Shown piece after piece: positions 48,188-56,634 of a stretch of DNA of 64,000 nt. The stretch is from assembly GCA_963809385.1 (NCBI GenBank), contig CAWEJL010000007.1, positions 195,305-259,304 on the forward strand, written 5' to 3'. The translations under genes were made by a program, and so were the position numbers. Source of the stretch: an uncultured Chloroflexia bacterium. Lineage in GTDB: Bacteria; Chloroflexota; Ktedonobacteria; Ktedonobacterales; JADMIN01. Numbering within the stretch: the stretch's first letter is position 1; each line of letters starts with the position of its first letter. The notes beneath the pieces were generated by a model. It ran no database searches, had not been told where the DNA came from, and was given only the letters and a program-made list of their open reading frames with translations.

Positions 48188-49021
48188 ATGGCGGACGGCG
48201 GCGATTTTCCCATCCCGGCTGATCTGGGGAACGCCGAACACCAGCGCCTGCTCCGCGCGATGACCACTTACCACGCGCGCCAGCCCTGGGCGCGGGCCTT
48301 CCTCGTCTTCGGCTCCATCGGGCGCGGCGACTGGGACGATTACTCCGACCTCGACCTCGATGTCATCATCAGCGATGGCGCGGCGCTCGACCCGGTCCCA
48401 GAGGTCACGCGCCTCTGCGACGCGATTGGCGAGCGCCTCGCCCTGATCGCCCCGCGTCGCGACGATGATGCGGACGTGGTTCTGGAATCACTGGCGCAAT
48501 TCTCGATCCGCTACCACCCGCTGGCTACAACCAGCCCCAACATCATCGACAGTATGCGTCTGCTCTGGGGCCATCTCAGCCTCGACGAGATACGCGCGGC
48601 TGGCCAGCGCAACCGCCGCGCGCTCCTTGCCACGCCGGAATCCATGCTCGCGCTCGCTACCCGCGCGCTCCTCAACAGCCAGCTTGCCCTCGCGCGCGGG
48701 CGTCTCTGGTCAGCGCTCAACTCGCTCGAAGAGACCCGCTCGCTGCTGCTGGAGATCTACGCCCACGCGCGCGACCTGCCGCGCTCGAAGCCCGCCTTCG
48801 AGCGCGACGCCGACCCCACCCTGCGCGACGCGCTCGCCCCGCTCGCCGCCAGCCTCACCCCCGCCGCCATTCGCGCCGCGCTGCTGGCTGGCTGCGACCT
48901 GCTGCTCGGCCCCACCCTCGACCGCCTCACGAACTGCCAGGCGGCGCTTACCTCTGGCGAGCGTCACATGCTGACCGAGGTCCGCCAGCGGCTCCAGGTG
49001 GATACCTCCGCTGATCGCTGA
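48188..49021 (+). CDS. nucleotidyltransferase domain protein (pol-beta superfamily) with helical C-terminal domain
   Basis: FGSIGRGDWDDYSDLDLDVI is a GS...D.D minimal NTase motif. Confidence 0.7.
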   Translation: MADGGDFPIPADLGNAEHQRLLRAMTTYHARQPWARAFLVFGSIGRGDWDDYSDLDLDVIISDGAALDPVPEVTRLCDAIGERLALIAPRRDDDADVVLESLAQFSIRYHPLATTSPNIIDSMRLLWGHLSLDEIRAAGQRNRRALLATPESMLALATRALLNSQLALARGRLWSALNSLEETRSLLLEIYAHARDLPRSKPAFERDADPTLRDALAPLAASLTPAAIRAALLAGCDLLLGPTLDRLTNCQAALTSGERHMLTEVRQRLQVDTSADR

Positions 49022-49075
49022 CAGTGCGCGCGGCCCAGCGGCGGTTCGGCGTGCGCGTGGGAGGAGCGCGGTTGT

Positions 49076-50395
49076 TTATAGATTGCGCAGTTCACGGCTG
49101 GCGAGGGCGATGGCCATCGCGGCCAGCTGAATGGCGGCGCCGCCGAGGATGACCAGCGGGGCGCCGAAGCGCGCTGACGCGAAGCCGCCCACCGCGACCG
49201 AGAGTGGCAGCGTGGCGAAGTTACAGAAGGTAAACAGGCCCATGATGCGTCCGAGCAGGTTGCGCGGCAGCTTGCGCTGGATCAGCGTCAGGAAGGAGAC
49301 GTTGCCCAGGCTGTTGAGCAGCCCAAACGCCGCCATGAGAGCGACCGCCATCAGCGTGTTGACCGAGAAGGCCAGCGCGACGATGGCGAACGCCTGAATC
49401 ACGAAGATGAGGATGGACTGGTAGCCGCGATTGATGCGGTCGCCCAGCGCGCTGGCGAGCAGCGCGCCCGCCAGCGCGCCCGCGCCCCAGCCGGTGAGGA
49501 TGAAGCCGTAGCCCTGCGCCCCGGCGTGCAGTGGTCCCTGCGCCAGCGCCGGAATCGCAACCTCCATCACCGCGCCGTTGAACAGATTGCCTACCAGGAT
49601 GACGAGCAGCAGGATCAGGAAAAAGGGCGTCGTCAACGCGAACCGCCAGAGGCTGTTGTTGGGCGCGGGCGGCGCATGCGCGGCGGCCTCCGCTGGCGCC
49701 GCATCCGAGGCGGCGGCGTCGCTGGCCGGGAACAGCACGCCGTTACGAATGAAGACGAGGGTCACAGCGGAGGCGACGAAGGTCGCCGCGTCAATCGCGA
49801 AGCCATCGGATGCGGCGGCGCGCGCCACGACGAGGCCCGCCAGCGCGGGGCCGACCATCTGCGCCAGGCGCATCAGCGCGTAGAAGAGGCCGTTCGCCGC
49901 CTGGAGTTGGTTCTCTGGCAGGAGGTCTGGCGCGATGGCCTGCGACGCGGGGGCGAACAGGCCTGAGAACGCGCCCATCGCCGCTGTGAGCGCGGCGATC
50001 ACCCAGAGCGGGGTGTGGGCGCCAAAGGTTGCCCAGGCCAGCCCGCCCGTCACTACGGCGCACGCGGCGTCGGCGATCAGCATCACGCGGCGGGCGCGCA
50101 GCTTGTCGCTGAGCCAGCCGCCGAGCAGGGTTGTGGCGCCCAGCGGGACGCCATAGGCCGTCAGCACGAGGCCGAGGTTGATCGGGCCGCCGCCCTGGGT
50201 CAGCATGTACCACGGCAGCGCGACCGAGTAGAAGGTGTTGCCGATGGAGGAGATGAGCTGGCCGGTGAAGAGCAGGCGGTAGTCGCGGTAGCGCAGCGGC
50301 GCGAACATCGCTGGGGCGCGCCGTTTGCGGGCTACCGTGGCTGGCGCGGCGCCGTCCGCGGTAGCGGTAGCGGTGGGGATAGCGGGATCGGTCAT
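49076..50395 (-). CDS. MFS transporter
   Basis: 439 aa, 12 predicted TM helices, with a GGWLSDKLRARR motif between TM2 and TM3. Confidence 0.8.
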   Translation of the reverse strand: MTDPAIPTATATADGAAPATVARKRRAPAMFAPLRYRDYRLLFTGQLISSIGNTFYSVALPWYMLTQGGGPINLGLVLTAYGVPLGATTLLGGWLSDKLRARRVMLIADAACAVVTGGLAWATFGAHTPLWVIAALTAAMGAFSGLFAPASQAIAPDLLPENQLQAANGLFYALMRLAQMVGPALAGLVVARAAASDGFAIDAATFVASAVTLVFIRNGVLFPASDAAASDAAPAEAAAHAPPAPNNSLWRFALTTPFFLILLLVILVGNLFNGAVMEVAIPALAQGPLHAGAQGYGFILTGWGAGALAGALLASALGDRINRGYQSILIFVIQAFAIVALAFSVNTLMAVALMAAFGLLNSLGNVSFLTLIQRKLPRNLLGRIMGLFTFCNFATLPLSVAVGGFASARFGAPLVILGGAAIQLAAMAIALASRELRNL

Positions 50396-50477
50396 GGTGG
50401 CGTGGCTCCTGAGGGCGTGCGGCGAAGGCCGCGGCGGAGGGCGAAGCGGCGAAAAAGGCTGACGGAGGGCGGGCGCG

Positions 50478-51772
50478 CTATGGCTCGATGACCGCGCGCA
50501 CGGCGAGCGTCGCGGGGTCGGAGAAGTAGGTGATGCGCTCGTCGGAGGCGAGGTCGTGGAGGGTGAAGCGAATGGCGGGCGCGCCCTGATACTCCACCAG
50601 GTAGTCTGGCTCGATCATCCAGCGCTGGCGCTCCAGCAGGAAGCGCCGCACCAGCGGATGCGCGCGTCCGGCGAGCGCGGCGGCGCCAGAGCCGAAACTG
50701 CCGCACGAGACGCACGCGTAGATCGCGGAGTAATGCTCGGCGAATAGGGGCGCGCTCACGCCAAGCTCAGGGAAATCGGCGAGACGGCCCATGCGCGCGG
50801 GGAGCGGACGTCCGCAGCGATAGCAGGTCGTCTCCAGCCGCTGTGTCGCGGGGGCCCACGCGACGCTGTGCGCCAGCACCCGCTTCAGCGCGGGGCGGAA
50901 GGACGTGACGCCCGCAAGTTCGGGCATCGACGGGATGTCCGTCTCGGTGACGCCGTAGTCGCGCCAGCACTGCGGACAGCGCAGGGTCAGGCTGCGACCA
51001 CCCCCATCGGGCGCGTCCGCGAGGATGCCGCGCATGCGCGCCTGGCCGCAGAAGTGACACCAGATGGAGGTCTCGCGCCAGCCGGATTCGTCGGCGGGCG
51101 CCAGCGCCAGCCCGAACTCCACCGCACGCTCGCGCAGCGGGCCATTCAGCGCGGCGCGCAACTGCTTGCGGGCGCGGCTGAGGCGCGCTTCCAGCGTGTT
51201 GAGCGAGAGGCCCAGGCGCGCGGCGGTTTCTCCGGCGGGCAGATCAGCCAGATAGCGCAGGCTCACCGCTTCGCGCGCGGCGAGATTGAGATGGCCCAGC
51301 GCGCTATCGATCAGCGCCACGAGTTCCTGGCGGCTCAATTCGTCCAGCGGATCAGCGTCGCCGGCGGCGATCTCGTCGAGCGCGGCGGGCGCCGTCTGTT
51401 CTGACGTCGCGGCGCCGTCGGAGGGGGAGGGGCCAGGCGCGCGATTTCGCTGGCGCTCTGGCGCGCGACGCGGCGGCAGATGTTGCGGCAGATGCCATCC
51501 AGCCAGGCGTCGAAGCGGTCGGGGTCGCGCAAGTGGTCGAGCGAGCGCCAGGCCGTCAGCAGCGTCTCCTGGGCGATATCCTCGGCCTGGTCGGCGGTGG
51601 CGCCGTAGCGTCGCGCCAGCCGCGCCAGCCGTGGCCGCGCCGCCGCAAGCTGGCTATTCACATCGCCCGCCAGCGTGGCGAGCGCGGGCCACGCCAGCGG
51701 GCTCGCTGGCGTATCTCCGGTGGCCGCTCCGGTCAGGGCTGGCCGAACGGGCGCATGAATATTCTCTGGCAT
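50478..51772 (-). pseudogene. ECF-type sigma-70 family factor with Cys-rich C-terminal extension, one frameshift as sequenced
   Basis: Region 2 (DIAQETLLTAWRSLDHLRDPDRFDAWL) is in ORF 51335..51796. Region 4 (LRYLADLPAGETAARLGLSLNTLEARLSRARKQL) plus four CxxC pairs are in ORF 50478..51338. The frames rejoin if one C is added to the CCCCTCCCCCTC run (plus strand 51421-51432). Confidence 0.75.
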
Positions 51773-51960
51773 GGCGCGCACTCCCTTCTTCAGCATACAC
51801 CGATCAGTCGCGCCTCGTCCCCGATTCCTGACGCAAATTTTTCGTCAGATTTATTGTTGGCGCTCTACGCGATGAGCGGCGGACGTGAAATGAGGGGCGC
51901 CCTAGCCCTGCGCTAGCGAGTCTGGAGCGTGTCAGGAACTCCACGTGCGAACATCCACCC

Positions 51961-51990
51961 TTGACAGGCGCCGCCCCGTCGCGCTATGTT
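51961..51990 (+). promoter_or_regulatory. candidate sigma-70-type promoter for the ABC-2 operon
   Basis: TTGACA (51961-51966), an 18-nt spacer, then TATGTT (51985-51990), about 75 nt upstream of ATG 52065. Confidence 0.3.
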
Positions 51991-52064
51991 AGGCGCGCAC
52001 AACGTTACGCACGCTTAACATAGCTGGCTTCCCGATGAGGAAGCGTCTGGAAAGTGAGTGGCGC

Positions 52065-53030
52065 ATGATTAGCGCCCGCGGCCTCACCCGCCGCTTCGGC
52101 GCCTTCACCGCCGTGGACGGTGTGACGCTCGACGTGCCTGATGGCGCGATTCTCGCCCTGCTCGGCCCCAACGGCGCCGGCAAGACTACCACCGTTCGCA
52201 TGCTCGCGGGCCTGATCGCGCCCACCGAGGGCGAGGCCACGGTCGCCGGTTTCGACATCCGCCGCGACGCGACCGCCGTGCGTGCGCGGGTGGGCCTTGT
52301 CACCGACGCGCCCGGTCTCTACGAGCAGATGACGCTGCCCGCCTACCTCGACTTCTTTGGCGCTGTCTACGGCGTTCCGTACGCGACTCGCACGCGCCGG
52401 ATTGATGAGCTGATCGGCTTCTTCGACCTCCAGGATCACCGCCGCGAGCGCATGTCTGGCTTCTCGAAGGGCATGAAGCAGAAGGTGGCGCTGGCCCGCG
52501 CGCTGCTGCATGAGCCTACCGCGCTCTTCCTCGATGAGCCTGCCTCCGGCCTCGACCCGCTGGCCGCGCGCGCCGTCCGCGAGCTGATCGCCAGCCTCAA
52601 GCGCGCCAACCGCGCCATCATTCTCTGCACGCATGACCTCGACGAGGCCGAGCGGCTAGCCGACCAGATCGCGATTATGCGCGCGGGGGCCATCGTCCGG
52701 CATGACGCCCCCGCCGCCCTGCGCGCCAGCTCCACGCCTGAGACGGTGGTGCGTATCCGGCTGGCCGCGCCGCTGGCGGGCGCCGCCCAGGCGCTGGCTC
52801 CCTTCCCTGACGTCACCTTCATCGCTGGCCCGTCCCAGCCCGCGACGGAGGTCGCCTACCGCACTCCAGACCCTGATAGCGTCAACCCCGCCATCATCGC
52901 CCGGCTCGTCACGGACGGCGCGCGGATCATCTCTGTCGCCTGCGAGACGCGCGCGCTGGAAGACATCTACGCCGAGGCCGTCGGTGGGGCGGACAGCGTC
53001 AGGCCGTCACTCGCCGTAATCGAGGGATGA
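52065..53030 (+). CDS. ABC transporter ATP-binding protein (ABC-2/DrrA-like)
   Basis: Walker A GPNGAGKTT, signature FSKGMKQKVALARAL and Walker B LFLDEPASGLD. Confidence 0.9.
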   Translation: MISARGLTRRFGAFTAVDGVTLDVPDGAILALLGPNGAGKTTTVRMLAGLIAPTEGEATVAGFDIRRDATAVRARVGLVTDAPGLYEQMTLPAYLDFFGAVYGVPYATRTRRIDELIGFFDLQDHRRERMSGFSKGMKQKVALARALLHEPTALFLDEPASGLDPLAARAVRELIASLKRANRAIILCTHDLDEAERLADQIAIMRAGAIVRHDAPAALRASSTPETVVRIRLAAPLAGAAQALAPFPDVTFIAGPSQPATEVAYRTPDPDSVNPAIIARLVTDGARIISVACETRALEDIYAEAVGGADSVRPSLAVIEG

Positions 53031-53053
53031 TCGCTCAGCCAGGAGGATTCGCC

Positions 53054-53827
53054 ATGTCCACGACGCCACCCGCGACGGCGCTGGCCTTCACGCCCCCCAG
53101 CGACGCGCGCGTCATGCTGCTGATCGCCCGCCGCGCCGCGCTCGAATCGCTGCGTGACCGCGCGACGCTTTTCAGTAGCGCCATATTCGCGCTGCTGCTG
53201 CCGATCCTCTGGTCGCTGCTCATCATCCGGCCCGCCGCGCAGTCTGGCCAGCTCTCCCCGGCGGGCCTTGGTACGCTGATGGCGATCTACTTGCTCACTG
53301 TCGGCCTGCTGCCCACCAGCGCGGCCACGGGCGTCGCGGCGGGCCAGTTCGCGGGCGAGAAGGAGCAGGGCAACCTGGCGCCGCTGCTCGCCTCGCCCGC
53401 CTCCAACGCCGCCATCTTTGGCGGCAAGGTCCTGGGGGCGGTCCTGCCCGCGCTGATCTACGCCGCGATCGCCGAGATCAGTTATCTGATCGAGATTGCC
53501 GTCTTCATCGGGGCGGACAAGCTGCGCTTGCTGCCGCCCGCGCTCTCGCTGGCCATGCTGGCGCTCGTGCCGGTTATCGCCCTCTTCGCGGCGGGGATAG
53601 CCGCGCTGATCTCGTCACGCGTGCGCACCTACCAGACCGCGCAGACGCTGGCGAGCCTGGCGCTGCTGCCGGTCTTCTTCGGCTTCTTCGCCCTCACCAC
53701 GCAGCTCCAGGCATGGGGCGCGCCCGCGCTGTTCGCGGGCCTCGCCGCCATCGCGCTGGCCGATGTCGCGCTGATCGCCTTCGCCGCCAAGACCTGGCGC
53801 CGCGAAGAAGTGCTGGCGAAACGCTAG
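53054..53827 (+). CDS. ABC-2 type transporter permease
   Basis: ATG lies 7 nt after AGGAGG. Six hydrophobic helices. Adjacent to the ATPase gene. Confidence 0.7.
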   Translation: MSTTPPATALAFTPPSDARVMLLIARRAALESLRDRATLFSSAIFALLLPILWSLLIIRPAAQSGQLSPAGLGTLMAIYLLTVGLLPTSAATGVAAGQFAGEKEQGNLAPLLASPASNAAIFGGKVLGAVLPALIYAAIAEISYLIEIAVFIGADKLRLLPPALSLAMLALVPVIALFAAGIAALISSRVRTYQTAQTLASLALLPVFFGFFALTTQLQAWGAPALFAGLAAIALADVALIAFAAKTWRREEVLAKR

Positions 53828-53854
53828 CCGCCAGCCTGTGAGGAGAGCGCATCC

Positions 53855-54154
53855 ATGAGCAAGGGAGTCACGAACCGCCTGCGCGAGCTGCGTCAGCGCC
53901 ACGGCCTGACGCAGGAGCAGCTCGCCCACGATCTGGATGTCACCCGCCACACGATCCTGGCGCTGGAAGTGGGCCGCTACGTCCCATCCATCGAGCTGGC
54001 CCTCAAGCTCGCCGCCTACTTCGATCAGCCGCTCGAGAGCATCTTCTGGCTGCCCGACGAAGAGATCGCCGAGTTGCGCGCCCTGCGCGCCGTGCGCCTC
54101 CAACCGGGGGCCACCGTCGAGCGCATCGAGCGAGGTACAGAGTCCGCGTCGTGA
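53855..54154 (+). CDS. XRE-family helix-turn-helix transcriptional regulator
   Basis: LRELRQRHGLTQEQLAHDLDVTRHTILALEVGRYVPSIELALKLA is a classic HTH_3 sequence. Confidence 0.85.
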   Translation: MSKGVTNRLRELRQRHGLTQEQLAHDLDVTRHTILALEVGRYVPSIELALKLAAYFDQPLESIFWLPDEEIAELRALRAVRLQPGATVERIERGTESAS

Positions 54155-54210
54155 GCGCGCCAGAAATCACGCGTGGCGCCCGCCGCGTCTACCGCTTTGA
54201 ACGAAGCGCG

Positions 54211-55662
54211 CTAACGAGCGCCATCGCTCTCGCTGGCTACGCCTGGAGGCGGGGCCGCATCTGAGCGGTCCGCGCGCGCTGTCACCTCGCGGATCGCCTC
54301 TACCCGCAGCGCCCGCAGCGCCTCGCTGAAGCGCACGGGGTACGGAGCGGCGTCCTTCAGCGCGTGGTGGCGCTCCGGCAGCGCCGCCAGATTGGCCCGC
54401 GCCAGCTCCCAGATCTCCGAGAGCGGCGGCAGGCTGCCGGGAACCATCTTGCCCTGCCGCATCACCGGGCGCAGCAGCCGCTGGTAGCCCGCTGGCGCGG
54501 GCTCTGAGTCGAGCTGGACGACATCTTCCTCCCACTGGGGATGGCGGTAGACCGCCTTGCGCCCTGGCCAGGTTGTCTTCTCCGCCGCCAGCTTTAGCTT
54601 GGGGCGCTCGTCGCCGTCCTCGTCCGCATAGGAGACTTCCTTATAGACCCCGCCCAGCGTCGCGCCCTCCACACCATGCGCGATGTTGCCCGCGCCCACG
54701 CCCAGCGCCGTCCCCACGCCGAAGGCGTCCACCTCGGCGCCCGCCGCCAGCAGCTCCACGATGGCGAACTCGTCGAGGTCGCCGCTGGCCAGGATGCGCG
54801 TCGCGCCCATTCCCGCCTCCGCCAGCGCCCGCCGCACGTACTGGCTGTCGGCCACGATGTCGCCGCTATCCAGCCGCACGGCGGCCAGCGTATGCCCCAG
54901 CTCGTCCGCCACGCGCCGCGCCACGCTGATCGCCGTGTGGATCGCGCGGCGCGGGTCGTAGGTGTCGAGCAGCAGCGTGTAGCGGTTGAACGACTGCGCG
55001 ATCGCCAGGAACGCCTCTTCCTCGGTCGGATAGAGCTGGATCAGCGCGTGCGGCACGGTTCCCGTCGCCAGCAGGCGATACTCGAAGGCCGCCGCCAGCA
55101 GCGAGGTGGAGGACGCGCCGCCAATCGAGGAGGAGCGCGCCACCACCAGCGGGTTCTGCGCCCGGCGGAAGGCGAACTCCGAGACACGCCGCGCGCCTGC
55201 CGCGTGGGTGATGCGGGCGGCCTTGGTGGCCACCAGCGTCGCCAGGTTGATCGCCTGGAGCAGCCCGGCCTCCATCAGCAGCGCCTCGCGGAACGGGGCC
55301 GTCACCCGCAGCAGCGGCTCGTTGGGGAAGGCGATACTGCCCTCCGGCATGGCGTGGATGTCGCCCGTGAAGCGCAGAGCCGCCAGCTCATCGAGGAAGG
55401 CGGCGTCGTAGTCGCGGATACGTGACAGGAACGCCAGCTCGTCCGGCTCGTAACGGAACGCCTGCACGAACTCCAGCGCCGCCTCCAGCCCGGCGACCAG
55501 CAGATACGCGCCGCCGAACGGCGCCGAGCGGGCGTAGAGGTCGAAGGTGGCGACGCCGTTGCGCCCCGTCACCCAGCTCACATACGCCGCGTCCGGGTGA
55601 TACATATCGGTGAAAAGGCCGGGATGCGCCCCTGGCCCGCGCCATGCCGAAAGACTCACCAC
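54211..55662 (-). CDS. pncB: nicotinate phosphoribosyltransferase
   Basis: 483 aa. FTDMYHPDAAY..., LATGTVPHALIQ and RLDSGD motifs match the NAPRTase family. Confidence 0.85.
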   Translation of the reverse strand: MVSLSAWRGPGAHPGLFTDMYHPDAAYVSWVTGRNGVATFDLYARSAPFGGAYLLVAGLEAALEFVQAFRYEPDELAFLSRIRDYDAAFLDELAALRFTGDIHAMPEGSIAFPNEPLLRVTAPFREALLMEAGLLQAINLATLVATKAARITHAAGARRVSEFAFRRAQNPLVVARSSSIGGASSTSLLAAAFEYRLLATGTVPHALIQLYPTEEEAFLAIAQSFNRYTLLLDTYDPRRAIHTAISVARRVADELGHTLAAVRLDSGDIVADSQYVRRALAEAGMGATRILASGDLDEFAIVELLAAGAEVDAFGVGTALGVGAGNIAHGVEGATLGGVYKEVSYADEDGDERPKLKLAAEKTTWPGRKAVYRHPQWEEDVVQLDSEPAPAGYQRLLRPVMRQGKMVPGSLPPLSEIWELARANLAALPERHHALKDAAPYPVRFSEALRALRVEAIREVTARADRSDAAPPPGVASESDGAR

Positions 55663-55683
55663 ATACCTCGCTACTCACCCACT

Positions 55684-55815
55684 CCCGGCCTTGAAAGGCC
55701 GGGGCACGCGGACGGCGCCATGAAAGGCCGGGGCATTTATGCCCCGCGTTCCGTGCGCCGGCCATTATGGCCGCGCCGTCCCCGCCGTTCCGTGCGCCGG
55801 CCATGAATGGCCGCG
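55684..55815. repeat. cluster of REP-like palindromic elements (family 1 x2 plus two related hairpins)
   Basis: CCGTGCGCCGGCCATTATGGCCGCG lies at 55751-55775 and CCGTGCGCCGGCCATGAATGGCCGCG at 55790-55815. Hairpins CCCGGCC-TTGAAA-GGCCGGG (55684-55703) and GGGGCA-TTTA-TGCCCC (55730-55745) are also present. Confidence 0.75.
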
Positions 55816-55833
55816 ACCTCTCCACCCGCGCCC

Positions 55834-56430
55834 CTACTCCGCCAGGCGCGGGAACTCGGCGCGGAAGGCCTCCATCCGCCGCTCGACGGGAATCGTGCGG
55901 CGGTGGAGCGCCGCCGGGGCGATGATGTTCAGGCTCAGGATCTTGCTGTTGATCGCCCGCAGCGCCTCGTTGTAGCGCCGCTCGGTCGCGTCTCGCTGGA
56001 TATTGTACGCCCGGCGGTCGCTGGCGAACACCGTGCGCCGCGCCGCCAGCGTATCGCGGTAGTGGCGCAGCGCCCGCACGGGCTCTTCCGCCCGCTCCAG
56101 CTCGGTATCAATCTCGCGCCCGCGCTCCAGCTCCGGCGGCGCGACATCGTTGCTCTTGAGCAGATGATAGGCGAGCGCGCGGTCGCCCGCCCACACATCG
56201 CTGTCATCGCGTGGCAGCGGCTTGCCCGTCCCGCTCAGATTGTCGAACTTGCCTTCCGCGCGCGCCTCCTCGATGCGCTGCTCGACGAGGTCGCGCACCG
56301 CCCGCCGCCGCGCCTGCTCCATCTCCCACAGATAGCGTGCGCCGCGCTCGCCTGCGCGCTGCTCCGCTGGCTGGTTGGCTTGCTCGCTGGGGCGCGTGGA
56401 CTTCTCACCTGGTTCATCCGTCGCTGGCAT
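55834..56430 (-). CDS. DUF1992 (DnaJC28-like) domain protein
   Basis: GKFDNLSGTGKPLP and related motifs are typical of DUF1992. Confidence 0.7.
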   Translation of the reverse strand: MPATDEPGEKSTRPSEQANQPAEQRAGERGARYLWEMEQARRRAVRDLVEQRIEEARAEGKFDNLSGTGKPLPRDDSDVWAGDRALAYHLLKSNDVAPPELERGREIDTELERAEEPVRALRHYRDTLAARRTVFASDRRAYNIQRDATERRYNEALRAINSKILSLNIIAPAALHRRTIPVERRMEAFRAEFPRLAE

Positions 56431-56551
56431 GTTAAACCTGCCCTGTAACGCACACGCGGCAGGTATCCGGCCAGCCGCGGGGTGTGGTGTATCTCCCCCA
56501 TATCATACAAGAGTTGGAGGAGATGGGGGCGCAAAATATATCGCGATGCGC

Positions 56552-56595
56552 TATAATTGGGTGTCAGGGGCCGCGAAAGGTCGTCCGCGGCCCCT
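56552..56595 (+). promoter_or_regulatory. TATAAT box followed by a perfect 10-bp hairpin in the ClC leader
   Basis: TATAAT lies at 56552-56557. AGGGGCCGCG (56566-56575) pairs with CGCGGCCCCT (56586-56595). No -35 element was recognised. Confidence 0.3.
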
Positions 56596-56634
56596 GAGCG
56601 GTAGGGTTGGGAAGACCGGCGATTATTTGGGAGC

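Noticed and set aside
56431-56634. Fluoride (crcB-motif) riboswitch upstream of the ClC gene
   Set aside because: The conserved fluoride-riboswitch segments are not present in order. The channel also carries CBS domains, unlike the fluoride-specific ClC-F type.
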